A stretch of 64,000 bases of DNA from positions 3,348,001 through 3,412,000 of the forward strand of contig OZ024753.1 of the NCBI GenBank assembly GCA_964016885.1, read 5' to 3'. Below, in pieces: positions 27,174-41,096 of the stretch; position 1 is the stretch's first letter; each line of letters opens with the position of its first letter. The notes below the pieces were generated by a model, which made no database searches, had not been told where the DNA came from, and saw only the letters and a program-made list of their open reading frames with translations. Source of the stretch: Eledone cirrhosa (taxonomy: Eukaryota). The translations under genes and the position numbers were made by a program.

Positions 27174-27598
27174 TAATTGCTTCTACTTTTGGCACAAGGC
27201 CAGCAATTATCTCAGTGTATTACTGGTACTTTATTTTATCGATACCGTAAGGATGAAAGGCAAATTTAACCTCGGCGGGATTAACTTTGTCTTTCATCCT
27301 TACGTGGTCGATAAAATAAAGTACCAGTAATGTACTGATTTAATTGCTGGCCTTGTGCCAAAAGTAGAAACATTATCTGTTCTTATTTCTAACAATGTCA
27401 CTTATACTACTGGTAATAATTGTTTCTACTTTTGGCACAAAGCCAGCAATTACTCAGTGCATTACTGGTACTTTATTTTATCGATCCCGTAAGGATGAAA
27501 AGCAAAGTTAACCTCGGCGGGATTTGAACTTAGACCATAAAGGGCCGTAACACTTTGCTGTAAAGCATGGTGTCAGACCCTCTACCGATACTGCCGAT
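27174..27598. mobile_element. three SINE family A copies: inverted pair (27174-27280 minus, 27281-27372 plus) and 27415-27598 minus
   Basis: family A core in both orientations. Confidence 0.9.
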
Positions 27599-27910
27599 GT
27601 AAATTTTGATGAAAGTTTACATCCATTACTTCTTTGAAATATTTGTTCCTCTCCATATTTTCAGATCCAAGTATCACAAAATTGATGGAGTGTCAGTTTC
27701 ACATTCTGTTTTATATTTGTCTTCCCCTAAACAGGAAAGGGGAGATAGCTTCGTATGTCAAATAACTTTCAATGATATTTCAGAGTTGCGATGTTAGTAG
27801 GTTGCTTTGATTTAACAACGGAGGTGCGGTAAATCTTCAACAGTTATGATGAGAACAATAGAAGTTACCGGAAGTTGTGGTTAAACCATCATTCAGTTGA
27901 ATGAAAGAAC

Positions 27911-27943
<33 letters not shown>

Positions 27944-28197
27944 TTATTTTAGTTTATTTTTTATATATATATATATATACACATGTGTGTATGTATGTGC
28001 GAGTGTATGTATGTGTGTAAGCATGCATGTATGTAGATATGTATGTACGTAATGTATGTATGTATATATGTGTGTATGTAGGTATATATGTGTGTATGCA
28101 TGTATGTATGTACACACAAACAAAAGTACAAAAATGTTTACATACACATGTACACTTAATAACATAAATACACATACAAATAATTGCATACACACAG

Positions 28198-28256
<59 letters not shown>

Positions 28257-28273
28257 TACATATATATATATAT

Positions 28274-28320
<47 letters not shown>

Positions 28321-28720
28321 TATTATAAGAAAGAATGAAAGAAATCTTTATTTTGGGATATCAAGTCTGGTATTCGACTTCGGGTAACCTTGTGGAATAT
28401 TCACAAGGTATACTTCAGAAATCGCAATATACTTTGGAATTGCTTTCATTTATAGCTTGTTCATTTATAGCTCTATCACGTGTTCCAGTCGACAGGCTGA
28501 GGCCATGCTAGTGCAGCTTTATTTTCCATTATAGGTTATTATATCAATTAAGAGTAATTAAATTCGATTGTATTCCACAGGCTACCCTACAATTTCCATC
28601 TATTAAATTTTAGAGAGTAATTAAATTAAGATGGAATAAAAGAATCTAGCCCAAAGTTCGAACACAGAACCACATGGCTACGGAACAAACTGCCACCTCT
28701 CCCTCTCTCTCTCTCTCTCT

Positions 28721-29443
<723 letters not shown>

Positions 29444-29860
29444 GATAGTGAATGAGTATGCGAAATCTTTGAAACACCTATACTCGGGAAAAATGAAACA
29501 CACATAGACACACACATAGACACACACATATATACCTACTCACACGTGTGTAGACTTACACACTTAACTCCACAGGCCACACTTCTGTTGTTTGCTCGCC
29601 AAAAGTTCACATGCTTCGGCGAACTATTCTGCTTGTTGCCAAAACAGCAGCACAATACAAACATCATACCACTCTGGGATTTCTCATTCTTTCCCTGTCA
29701 CTCCTTTCCACTTTCCATCTCTCTCTCTCTTACTCTCTCTCTCTCTCTCTCTATTTATCTCTCTCTCTCGCTTTTCTCTGTTTTTTTTCTCTGTTTCTTT
29801 CTCTACCCTTTTCCTCTCTCTCTCGCTCCTTTCATTTCTCTCTCACGCTCTCTTTTTATG

Positions 29861-29900
<40 letters not shown>

Positions 29901-30442
29901 CTTCTCTTTCTCACTCCTGTACATACCTCATTCTTGCTAAGCCCCTCCCCGCCCCCACCTCTCTGCTCGCTGTGATATAATTTATTTATATTTTAGTAAA
30001 AAGTAGCAACAAAAACTACAATAAAGGACAAAAATCAACACTAAAAACAAACAAAAACCCCGACGCTTTCAAACTAACATGTCAATTACCTAGCTATTTT
30101 AACCATAGACTTACCTTTTGTTAATATCGCTATAGCATGTTCCACGTCCATACATCTGCTAGTTTCTCCCACTTTTCCCTCTTTAGACACACACACACAC
30201 AAACCCGCCATACACACACAACCCCGCCACACACACACACACGCACACACACATGCACAACCCCACCACCACACACACACACATACACATAAATAACAAT
30301 ACAATGACTTTTAAAGACACGATAAAATTTTAAATTATTAGTTTCATGTTCAGGGAAATGGAAATGTCTTTAACGTTTCAAACGTAAGTCTTTTATCGTA
30401 TAGGAGGTAAATAATAGAGAAAAAATATTAAAAAAAGATATC

Positions 30443-30867
30443 GCCGCGTTGATACCGTCAACGATCTCACTGCCTGTATGTCAGCCCATAGCTGTGGAGA
30501 CTTTTGGTGTCCTTGGCCCTAGGGCCACCACCCTACTCAACATCATCGGCACAGAGTTGGCCTGTTAGTTGTATTGTTAATGTTGCTTAGCCAACAGATC
30601 TGATTTGATTGGACAGATTTACGATCTAATACATTCCACCCATAACCATTTTAGGAGTATCTTGGACTCCTGTTCTTTGTGGGTAATTTGACTGTTTAGC
30701 AGGGAAGAATTCTGGTCTTCTTGGGCCAAGGGTCACCTCTCACCATCGGCACAGAGTTGGTTATCCGCTGGTGTGAACCTCGCGAGCTGGAATGGCTCTT
30801 CCAGCGTGTCTCCCTCACCATCCTCCGGGTAAACGCCTTCTCTATTCAATCCGCTGGGGCCGCATGA
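30443..30867 (+). pseudogene. C-terminal fragment of a CRE-like non-LTR retrotransposon (restriction-like endonuclease region), interrupted
   Basis: PIAVETFGVLGPRATTLLNIIGTEL ... IGTELVIRWCEPRELEWLFQRVSLTILRVNAFSI resembles the CRE C-terminal P.AVET.G..G....LFQR.SL.I.RGNA pattern. Confidence 0.7.
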
Positions 30868-31539
30868 CGCCGAGTGCGTGGGCCCCACCCAATTGCTCAT
30901 AATAGTGAGAGATGGGCAGAGCGGGAGAGACAGAGGCAGTGACAGTGGGGGTTTGGTTCTTTTGTATTCAGACCTGGTGTATATGTATACATTTCACAGA
31001 CAACCCTACACACTATAAGTTTAGTATATTAACATCTGTCAGCCTCTGTGTGTGTGTATATATATATATATATATAAAACGGTAAATATTTTTAATATAA
31101 ACACAATTAAAACCATACCAATTTGAAGAAGCGGGTGGAACGGTCCATTACTTTCCGGGTCATCACGTTAACGATTACATCACAGACAGTTAGCACCATC
31201 TTGTATGTGTTTGGCATGTGTTTTACATTTTTGTTTGTTTGCTTAGTGCTTAATATGGTTTTAAAATTGATTCCTGTAGTTCGCTCCCTGATCCAAAATC
31301 TATAATATTCACAGTTTACCTTTATTTTTTATACGGCAGAATGTGATAGCGAAGGTAATTTCGTTGCTATTTCTAGCATGTTACATTGACTTTGTAGATC
31401 GAATAATGCTGGATATGCTGCATGGGAGAACTTAGTTATTTGGTCCATTTCAGGCAAGTGTTAATCCAAAAGTTGAATCTGAAATTGTGTAGACAGAAAC
31501 TGTTCGGAAGCCTATTTAATATCTTATTAATATAGTATA

Positions 31540-31727
31540 GTGGACAGTCAATATCGCGAGAGAGTCAGACATGTTTTGTGGCATATAATCACATCTTTTT
31601 ACGTTCTGAGTTCAAATCCAGACGAGGTTAACTTTGCCTTTCATCCTTACGGGGGTCGATAAAATAAAGTACCAGTAATGCACTAGGATAATTGCTGGCC
31701 TTGTACCAAAAGTACAAACCATTATTA
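31540..31727 (+). mobile_element. SINE family A
   Basis: GAGTTCAAATCC plus family core and ATTATT tail. Confidence 0.85.
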
Positions 31728-32399
31728 TTCTATAGTCCTCTCAGTGTTGTCTGATCAAATTGACAAAACTTCCTACACATAGAAAATGATTTACAAAATA
31801 TTTCTGACCGATATAATTTTATAAGGAAACTTGTTCTGTAATGGTCGCTAATATTTGATCTATCGTTATTGTTTTCATCCTCCATCAATGAACATGTTCC
31901 AGTAAACTTTAGAAAAATTTACATAAGAGTACTGCTACTTATATAACCATTTGTCTCATTGATATCTAGACAATCCAATCTACGCAAACAATCTCGACAG
32001 TTTCTCTAATACTTCGGCCGCCAGTGGCACTAACGAGTCGCAACACTTCTATTAATGTCTAATATAACTAACCATTACACCCCCGTTTTGAGTTTACGAC
32101 GAGATTTATCAGACAAGAATATCAACAGTGTGGTGTGTGGTAGTAATTCAAAACATTCTCGATGACCCTTTTCCTGAATGTTATATTAAAATTTTAACGA
32201 CAAAAATGCTTTCATGTGGGGAGTGGCATCATTTGGGGGGAGGATGGGTGTCGTAGTGTGGCATGAAGAAAAGAAAGTTAAGAGCCACTATTCCAAACCG
32301 TTCCCATACTACAGAGGTGTAACAACGGCCTAATAGATCATAATATTATTGTCAACACCGCCACCGCAACTGTTGTCACCACTACCATAATGGCTGCCA

Positions 32400-33316
32400 C
32401 CACGATCACCAGCACCACCACCGCTACCACCACGAGCACCACCAAGTACCACCACTAGCACCACTACCACTATCACTAACACAACTACGACCACAATCAC
32501 TGCCACCACCACCACCACAACCGCTGCCACCATTATCGCCGCCACCACCACCACCACCATCACCACCGCTACCACCACGAGCACCACCAAGTACCACCAC
32601 TAGCACCACTACCACTATCACTAAGACAACTACGACCACAATCACTGCCACCACCACCACCACAACCGCTGCCACCATTATCGCCGCCACCACCACCACC
32701 ACCATCACCACCGCTACCACCACGAGCACCACCAAGTACCACCACTAGCACCACTACCACTATCACTAAGACAACTACGACCACAATCACTGCCACCACC
32801 ACCACCACCACAACCGCTGCCACCATTATCGCCACCACCATCACCACCGCTACCACCACGAGCACCACTACCACTATCACTAACACAACTACGACCACAA
32901 TCACTGCCACCACCACCACCACAACCGCTGCCACCATTATCGCCACCACCACCACCACCATCACCACCGCTACCACCACTAGCACCACTACCACTATCAC
33001 TAACACAACTACGACCACAATCACTGCCACCACCACCACCACAACCGCTGCCACCATTATCGCCACCACCATCACCACCGCTACCACCACGAGCACCACC
33101 AAGTACCACCACTAGCACCACTACCACTATCACAACTACGACCACAATCACTGCCACCACCACCACCACAACCGCTGCCACCATTATCGCCACCACCACC
33201 ACCACCACCATCACCACCGCTACCACCACGAGCACCACCAAGTACCACCACTAGCACCACTACCACTATCACTAACACAACTACGACCACAATCACTGCC
33301 ACCACCACCACCACAG
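32400..33316. repeat. ACC-rich minisatellite, ~145-bp unit with shorter variants
   Basis: landmark GCTACCACCACGAGCACCACCAAGTACC recurs at about 32423, 32568, 32713, 33080 and 33219. Confidence 0.9.
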
Positions 33317-33831
33317 CAACAGTTGTAACAAGATCAAGAATGTTATTGCTTTCTGCTAGCTGACTTGACATCTATCACCTAAGCAACATATCTTCTAAGT
33401 AGCGATTATCTCCTTCAGCCAGGCACTCTACACCACACATTCTCCCAAGAAATTTCATACAAGGGCCAATTTCACATATCCCATACCGTTTCCCCCTCTC
33501 TCTCTCTCACACACACAGACACTCACACATACAAAAATTCACACACACACACATATATATATATATAGGTATATATAAGTTCATCTATGCTTACTCTCAG
33601 TACACATGCTTCTCTATTTTCGTTCGCTGTTGTTATTCCACACTATATTACAACACAGATATTTTTGCTCTGACTTCTTTCCAAAAAGACGTTTCCCACA
33701 CTTCTTCTATGTCGTCCATTTTTTTTCATTCCAACACCGCCACCGCCATTTTCATCTTCATCAGCTATCAGCAACAACAACAATAGTACTAGCTAATAAC
33801 ACTAATAATATTGCTAATAATAATAATAACA

Positions 33832-34622
33832 ATAATTGTTTCTACTTTTGGCACAAGGCCAGCAATTATCCCAGTGTATTACTGGTACTTTATTTTATCG
33901 ATCTCGTAAGGATGAAAGGCAAAGTTAACCTCGGCGGGATTTGAACTCAGATCATAAAGGGCCGTAACTCTATGCTGCAAAGCATGGCGTCCGACGCCTC
34001 TACCGATACTGCCAATCCAACGACTGGTTTTTGATTCAGGGACAAGGCCAACAATTTTTATGGGAGTGGATGTCAATTAAATCGACCCATGGGGTTACTG
34101 GTACTTTATTTTATCGAGCAGAAAGGATGAAAGGCAACGCTGAGAATGATTTCTAATTTAGGCAAAGGGCCAACAATTTTGGGGGAAGGGGAAGTGGATT
34201 AAATTGACCCCGCTAGGTTACTGGTACTTTATTTTATCGAGCCGTAAGGATGAAACGCAAAACTAATAAAGGCTACTGATTACGGCACAGGCCAACAGTG
34301 TATTACTGGTACTTTATTTTATCGACCCCGTAAGGATGAAAAGCAAAATTAACCACGGCGGGATTTGAACTCAGAACGTAAAGGGCCATAACACCATCTA
34401 CCGATACTAACAATCCACCAAGCTAATAATAATAGTTTCTTATATAGGCACAAGGCCAGTAATTTGGGGGGGAGGGGAAAGTCGATTAAATCGACCCCAG
34501 TGCGTGACTGGTACTTTATTTTATCGACCCCCGTAAGGATGAAAAGCAAAGTTAACCTCGGCGGGATTTGAACTCAGAACGTAAAGGGCCATAACACTAT
34601 CTATCGATACTAACAATCCACG
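33832..34622 (-). mobile_element. cluster of five head-to-tail SINE family A copies/fragments
   Basis: ACTGGTACTTTATTTTATCG occurs five times in the same orientation. Confidence 0.88.
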
Positions 34623-34695
34623 AAGCTAATAATAATAATGATATTACAGTTGTACGCCTCTAATGTTTCGCCATGATTTCCAACCATAACTTTCC

Positions 34696-34832
34696 ACACA
34701 CTCACACAAACACATACACACTCACACAAACACATACACACTCACGCAAACACATACACACTCACGCAAACACATACACACTCACACAAACACATACACA
34801 CTCACGCAAACACATACACACTCACGCAAACA
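34696..34832. repeat. 20-bp minisatellite CACTCAC(A/G)CAAACACATACA
   Basis: about 6.5 tandem units. Confidence 0.9.
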
Positions 34833-35578
34833 AACACACATACACTTTCTTTCTATATGCCATTACACTCACACGTATTCCATTTCTATAATTTGACTTT
34901 ACACACTCAGACACACACTCAAACACACTCTCACACACACTCTCACACGCACTTACAAATATATACACCCAACACGCGTGCTTATATACACGCCTGTGCG
35001 CCCGCTTAAACATATCTTTCCGCACATAGCTTTCTATCCTCAGAAAAAATTCTCTTGCTTCACCTTGCCTCACAGTTGTGCATATTTTTTCTATCTCTCT
35101 ATATGTGTATGCCTGTGTGTCTGCCTCTGTCTCTGTCAGTGTGTCTGCCTGTGTGTCTGCCTGTATGTCTGCCTGTGTGTATGTCTGTGTGTCTGTCTAT
35201 AAGTCTGTCTGCCTGTCTACTTAAGTATATACGTATGTGCATTTACATATCTGTTTACCGTTTTGTCTATCTGTCAGTCTTCCTGTCTCTCGGCCTGTCT
35301 ATTTTCCTCCTACTCTGTCTACTTATATGTATGCCTGTCTACTGATTTCCTACTCCCCTACTCTCTCTATTTACCACATACATACCTTCACCCCCACATC
35401 CTTTATATATTACTTCCTCTCTTCCTTTCTTTCGTTTCCAGAACTTTACCACCTTACTCAGGTTTCCTCTTTTTTTTATATTTCAGAAATGTTATCCACC
35501 TACATTTTGCAATCCAACCTATACATGTGTTAACATGTATGGGGTAGATTGCAATCTATAAACAATATAATAAAAAAA

Positions 35579-35610
<32 letters not shown>

Positions 35611-35624
35611 CATACATACATACA

Positions 35625-35693
<69 letters not shown>

Positions 35694-35697
<4 letters not shown>

Positions 35698-35803
35698 AAG
35701 AGAGTGTGGTAAGAAACCAGGTGGACCATAATCCACTCTACTACCCTAAGTATCGAGTACTCCTGTCGAAATAGCCGGAGCTCAGTCGTCGGGGGTCTTT
35801 TCC
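35694..35803 (+). mobile_element. family H2 PLE-like fragment, rearranged
   Basis: CCAGGTGGACCATAA, CACTCTACTACCCTAAGTATCGAGTACTC and GTCGAAA..GAGCTCAG..GTCGGGG shared with 2868-3014 and 44609-44836. Confidence 0.6.
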
Positions 35804-35903
35804 AATATATATACACACACATATATATATACATATATATATATATATACATAAAATAAAGTTAAATAAAAAGTCAAATGATTAAAATTTAGCTTCGTTT
35901 ATT

Positions 35904-35958
35904 ACTGCTATATATATTTCAGTGACAGCCATCTTTGGCTGTGACCTCTTCAGGCAGT
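35904..35958 (-). ncRNA. type I hammerhead ribozyme, canonical core
   Basis: minus strand ACTGC-CTGAAGA-GGTCACAGCC(AAAGAT)GGCTGTCACT-GAAA-TATATA-TA-GCAGT, immediately followed by AATAAA. Confidence 0.8.
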
Positions 35959-36002
35959 TTGAATTAGTATGGTATAGACAAGTACATATGTTGTTGATAT
36001 AC

Positions 36003-36039
<37 letters not shown>

Positions 36040-36084
36040 TATCTATATATATATATACACAGACACACATATGTACACACACAT

Positions 36085-36131
<47 letters not shown>

Positions 36132-36992
36132 TATGTCTGTGTGTGTGTGTATGTATATATGTATATATATGTATATAAGAAAGATTTTCCACGAGGAACG
36201 AAAATATTTCACGGTTAAATACGATAGTCGATACATTAATAGAGGCGATACAAATTATATATATTTATATTCATGATCGCAGGTTTCATTTATTGGGGTG
36301 CTGCAGCTTTGTAGGAGTTCCGCATCCAAGGAAGGGTTTTAGTACTTATATCAATACCGAGTAGGAGATTTTATCGATCTCTATTTATCGAATGCCCCAG
36401 TTTTATATTTATATTTTTGCACTCGTAAATTTGAACACAAACACGAACAATGATAGAGATATTAATATGTATGATTGAGGCAATTTTTAGCTACCAAATT
36501 TCATTCATGAAGAATGTTCAAAGTAGTGAGAACGAATTCTAAACAACGGGAGTGGGACTTCGCAATAGTTTTATTTAGATTAAAGCCTAAAGTATGTCCC
36601 AAATCGGAACGTTAATTAGCCTGGAGATGATCCTTGTTTCACTGCCGTTAACTGACTCACAGTACAAGACACTTCTCTCGAAAGGACACCAATACATCGT
36701 ATTGATAAGCACCAACCGCCTTTGGTACTAATTTGCTGTTGAGAGGACTGGAATGACGCGAAATGAAGTGTTTTGCTCACATACCTTAGGTGGAAATTTA
36801 TGTATATATATATAAAGAACTGTAACGCTTGGGGGAGTCGTAGGAGTGCTGTATTAACACGGCTCTTTTCTTTTGAAACATGGCGGAGCCCATCTCCTCT
36901 CAAGGTCTGAATACAGCAGATTTTTTTTCCAGAGAAGGATGGAGAGTCAAAGAGTAGAAGTGAGAAAGAAATATAAATAAAGAATCGAACTC

Positions 36993-37141
36993 AATACTTG
37001 ACTGGTACTTATTTTATCGACCTCGAAAATATGATAGGTAAAGTTGACACGATGGGATTTGAAATTAGGAAGTAGAGAGGAGGGACGAATATTTAAAAAA
37101 CATTCTATCCGACGTTCTAACGACTCTGACAATTCGCCACC
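36993..37141 (-). mobile_element. diverged SINE family A copy
   Basis: ACTGGTACTTATTTTATCGACC..AAAGTTGAC..GGGATTTGAA. Confidence 0.65.
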
Positions 37142-37189
37142 TGGAAATTCTTTAATCACCCACCTATGCTGGTAATTATGTGTTCCAGG

Positions 37190-37331
37190 ATGGGTGTGTG
37201 ATTAAAAATTTGCTTCACAACCACGTGGCATTGACTTCACTCCTACAACATAGCACCTTCTATTATGACGCCGGGTTGCCGAATGCTTTGTGAATGAGAT
37301 TTCGTAGACAGAAATTATGTGGAAGCCTGTC

Positions 37332-37335
<4 letters not shown>
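37190..37335 (+). mobile_element. diverged SINE family B copy
   Basis: similar to 14287-14440 (TTTGTGAATGAGATTTCGTAGACAGAAA..GTGGAAGCCTGTC). Confidence 0.55.
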
Positions 37336-37535
<200 letters not shown>

Positions 37536-38436
37536 GTATGTATGTGTATGTATACATGTGTGTTTACTGTTTGAATATGTCACGTAAATATGTGATTCAA
37601 TATTTAAATATCATTTTCGCTTTTATTTGAGACACGAACAATTGTCTTTAGGTTCTTTTTTCTCCGTTTGAATTCGTTGTGATGCTATAGTAAACGTCAT
37701 TCAGTACACCGCCACTTAACTTAATTATTTAAATTTATGCTGACACACTTAGCTCATATTTTCTAAGTAACCATGTTAGTACTGGTGTAAAATAATTTAT
37801 ATGTTGTAAGGTTGAGGGTTGCATATTTATCAGGAATAAAAAAAACATCAATATATATATATATGTGAAAATCATATTCAGTATGTTTGATAAACATATT
37901 TAGTCTTGCTATGAAAATATAATTCATGAATCTTCGGTAGTGAGAGCGAGGAAATAGACGACACGTATTTCATAGTTATTAATATTCACCGAGGTCATTT
38001 ACCTAGCTTCTCAAGTACTGAAGTTAAGAAGACTATAACATCTTAAGTAAATCGGAAACACACTATTATCGGTGTCGAACCATTGATATGAGGCAAGTCT
38101 AACGGCCAGAAATGTATTAACAAAGGCGCCGACACAACCTTGTTTGAATAAACGTGTGTATGGAAATCACACACACATTTTTCAATAAATGTTTTTATTC
38201 TCGTTGTGAAAATATATTCTTCATAAGTTCGCTATATGAGAAGCGAGGTAAACAGCACTGATAAGTATTAATAAATACCAAACACGTGTTTAACGATTCC
38301 TCACTCACGGCCACAGAATATTCTTTGATCTAATCATAGGCTACGTCTTCACACGAAGTCTAAATATGTGTTTACAGCACATAATGTATATGATTTTCAT
38401 ATATATAACTAACGTTATATTGGAGCGTTGATGAAT

Positions 38437-38480
<44 letters not shown>

Positions 38481-38495
38481 ACACATACAACATCT

Positions 38496-38530
<35 letters not shown>

Positions 38531-38535
<5 letters not shown>

Positions 38536-38875
38536 AAGATGAAATCGAAAATGCAACTGGAGTCTTATTTTAAAAAAAAAAATATATATTTATTTGGTTC
38601 CTTTACGGGTTTCGCAGTTCTTCTGCTTTTCAAAAGTAGAGTTGAAATGGAGGGTCTGTGGTTTTTCTCACATGTGAGAAAAACCACAGACCCTCCATTT
38701 CAACTCTACTTTTGAAAAGCAGAAGAACTGCGAAACCGGTAAAGGAACCAAATAAATATATATATTTTTTTTTTAAATAAGACTCCAGTTGCATTTTCGA
38801 TTTCATCTTTTTTCTTTATACTTCCACTCGTGTAGGACACCTCTGTTATTTTTCATTTTGTAAAAAAAACCTCAC

Positions 38876-38882
<7 letters not shown>
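38531..38882. mobile_element. family H5 element with a ~283-bp loop-less palindrome
   Basis: arms 38531-38672 and 38673-38813 centred on CACATGTG; unique 3' tail to 38882; (TA)n on both sides. Confidence 0.8.
38709..38744 (+). ncRNA. minimal type I hammerhead variant with U3-A8 core
   Basis: CTT-TTGAAAA-GCAG(AAGAA)CTGC-GAAA-CCGG-TA-AAG; AATAAA at 38751-38756. Confidence 0.6.
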
Positions 38883-38912
<30 letters not shown>

Positions 38913-38966
38913 AAAAAAGGAAAAGAATGTGTAGAACTACAAGTGAAGTCATTCTTTTCCGTTTTT

Positions 38967-39050
<84 letters not shown>

Positions 39051-41096
39051 CATGCAATTCTCTGGATCCTTGTAAATATATATTGTCAAACCTTGATAGA
39101 GTGTAAACTTAAAGGTGTAGTTTAGTTAATGAAAAGGTGTAGTTTAGTTAATGATGAGGTTTTTTACATCATGCTAACCCTTCTACCACCAATCAGATGT
39201 AAGTCTGTCTTTTCTCTAACGTTACCTTCGTTTTTCCTTAACCCCATTAGTCCGGAAATTTCATTTCAGAATATGGTTTTCTAAATTTAATGAATTGCAA
39301 TTATGCTTCCTGAATATCCCACGGATACGCTGCGATTTCAATGCATAGTGCACAATGTTTCCAGAACAGTTGAATTGTGGAGGTTTTTCTGATCTTTTTA
39401 AATTCAGGTTAACATGCACCTTGCCTAATGTTGGCGGTTTCTTTCATTTTAATATTTTATCGGTTATTTTATGATCATTTTATTTCACTACTGCCTTTAT
39501 TGTTATCTCATTGACCATATTTCATTGCCGTTATTTCTTTTATCAGTTATTTTATTACCATCTCAACGTATTTCGTATAAATCCTTCATCAAATGTTTTA
39601 TTGCCATCATTTATTTGTTATTTTAAACATGCCTGCATATACGAAGCAGGTTGCAGCATTAATTGCGCTTCCTATTTCCCCTAGGCCTTTGCATAGAACT
39701 GGCCTACGGGTCTTGCTTTGTTTCCGAGTAAAAAAAAAAATAATACATTCACTCGAAAACATACAAAAATTTCCTTCATTCACCCACTTAAAAAACCCCT
39801 GTAATGGTTTGAATGCCTTCCACTCATTCTTTTGTATAACCAGCGGTATGGTACCTCGTCGGTTTCGAAGATAAGCGTTACAGTCTTTCGATCAAGAAAA
39901 CACTTAGGTCGTGAAATTAACGCGTAAATAGTTGCGCATTGTATAGACATGTATTCTTTTTAACGGAAATCTCGCGGATATGCAACACGATAGAATGTGA
40001 CAAGCTGTTTCTTCAAATTATAGATACAGTTCATCTGAAAGACTTTCAAACAATCTTCTTCTGCCCACTTTCACTAATATGGCATGAGTCGATCACATGC
40101 CATGCCGAGGGATCGAATCAGGGGCTAATGTTTCCGAAGCGAACATCTTTACTATTTGGCCATGCTACGATCTCTATACAAGTACAGTGGAACAACACAT
40201 GTCATTATCCTGGCTACAGTCTATCCGAACATTTGGAAGTAAATAGTAGTATCCACAGTTATATTACACCGACACCATGGTATCTATATACAGCTTAGTG
40301 AACTGAGACCGTCAAAACAAACAGTTTTGTGTTACTCTTAGTTGCAAAACCATCATAACCAGTACGTTACTACAAATTTCAACATTTAATCGAAATATTC
40401 TTTACTGTGACAACTACCATTGTAAATAGCCTTTAAAAAGTTGATGTCTATATGTATGTGGGTGCTTATATATGTGTGTTTATATGTAAGTGCCTGCATG
40501 TATGCATATGCGAACGTACATATGTCTTTGTGTATGTGTGAATATGTAGAGTATTGGCGTGTGGGAAATTGTGCGGAGACATTCAAAGTGTTTAGTACAC
40601 ATAGAGGGCCGGTAATTATTTTACGAAGATTTCACTAGCAGATAAATTTATGTATTTCAGCTGTACCTACCTAGTGTAGTCTTGTTTTTTAAGTGACGAG
40701 TTTAACATGAGCTTCAGGCATCTTTATTCACATAGTTTGCTAACAAGCTTGTGAAGAAGGTTTTAGCGAATTATCACATAACCATGTGGCAAGTGTCCCT
40801 TGCCACACTCACCAATGTATTTATGATTACATTTGCGTACCAGTGAGCTTGCATAAGGAAGGAGATACACGAGTTTCAGCCTTAGTAAACATATGAAACT
40901 ACATGCATGCACGCATGCGTATAACCACATACACATATCTGTATATTATTTCCGTTCACAGAAAAGCAGAAAAGACTGCCTTTACAAGTTTCACAGATAA
41001 TTCACCGCTTATTAGAAGACAATTACATTTATATTTCCCATAACACTCTACCGATTCTGTCAATCCACGGCCAGTGGATTATACTAATTGATATAA

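Noticed and set aside
29940-30180. GC-box-like CCCCGCCCCC and a minus-strand AG|GTAAGT donor
   Set aside because: Isolated short motifs among microsatellites; no supportable exon or promoter
31140-31176. minus-strand GTGATGA-CCCG-GAAA
   Set aside because: G at position 3 without a compensating change, and no valid stem III or UH site
32330-33371. Gly-rich/Val-rich overlapping ORFs
   Set aside because: The 145-bp unit is not a multiple of 3, so the frame shifts each unit; non-coding minisatellite
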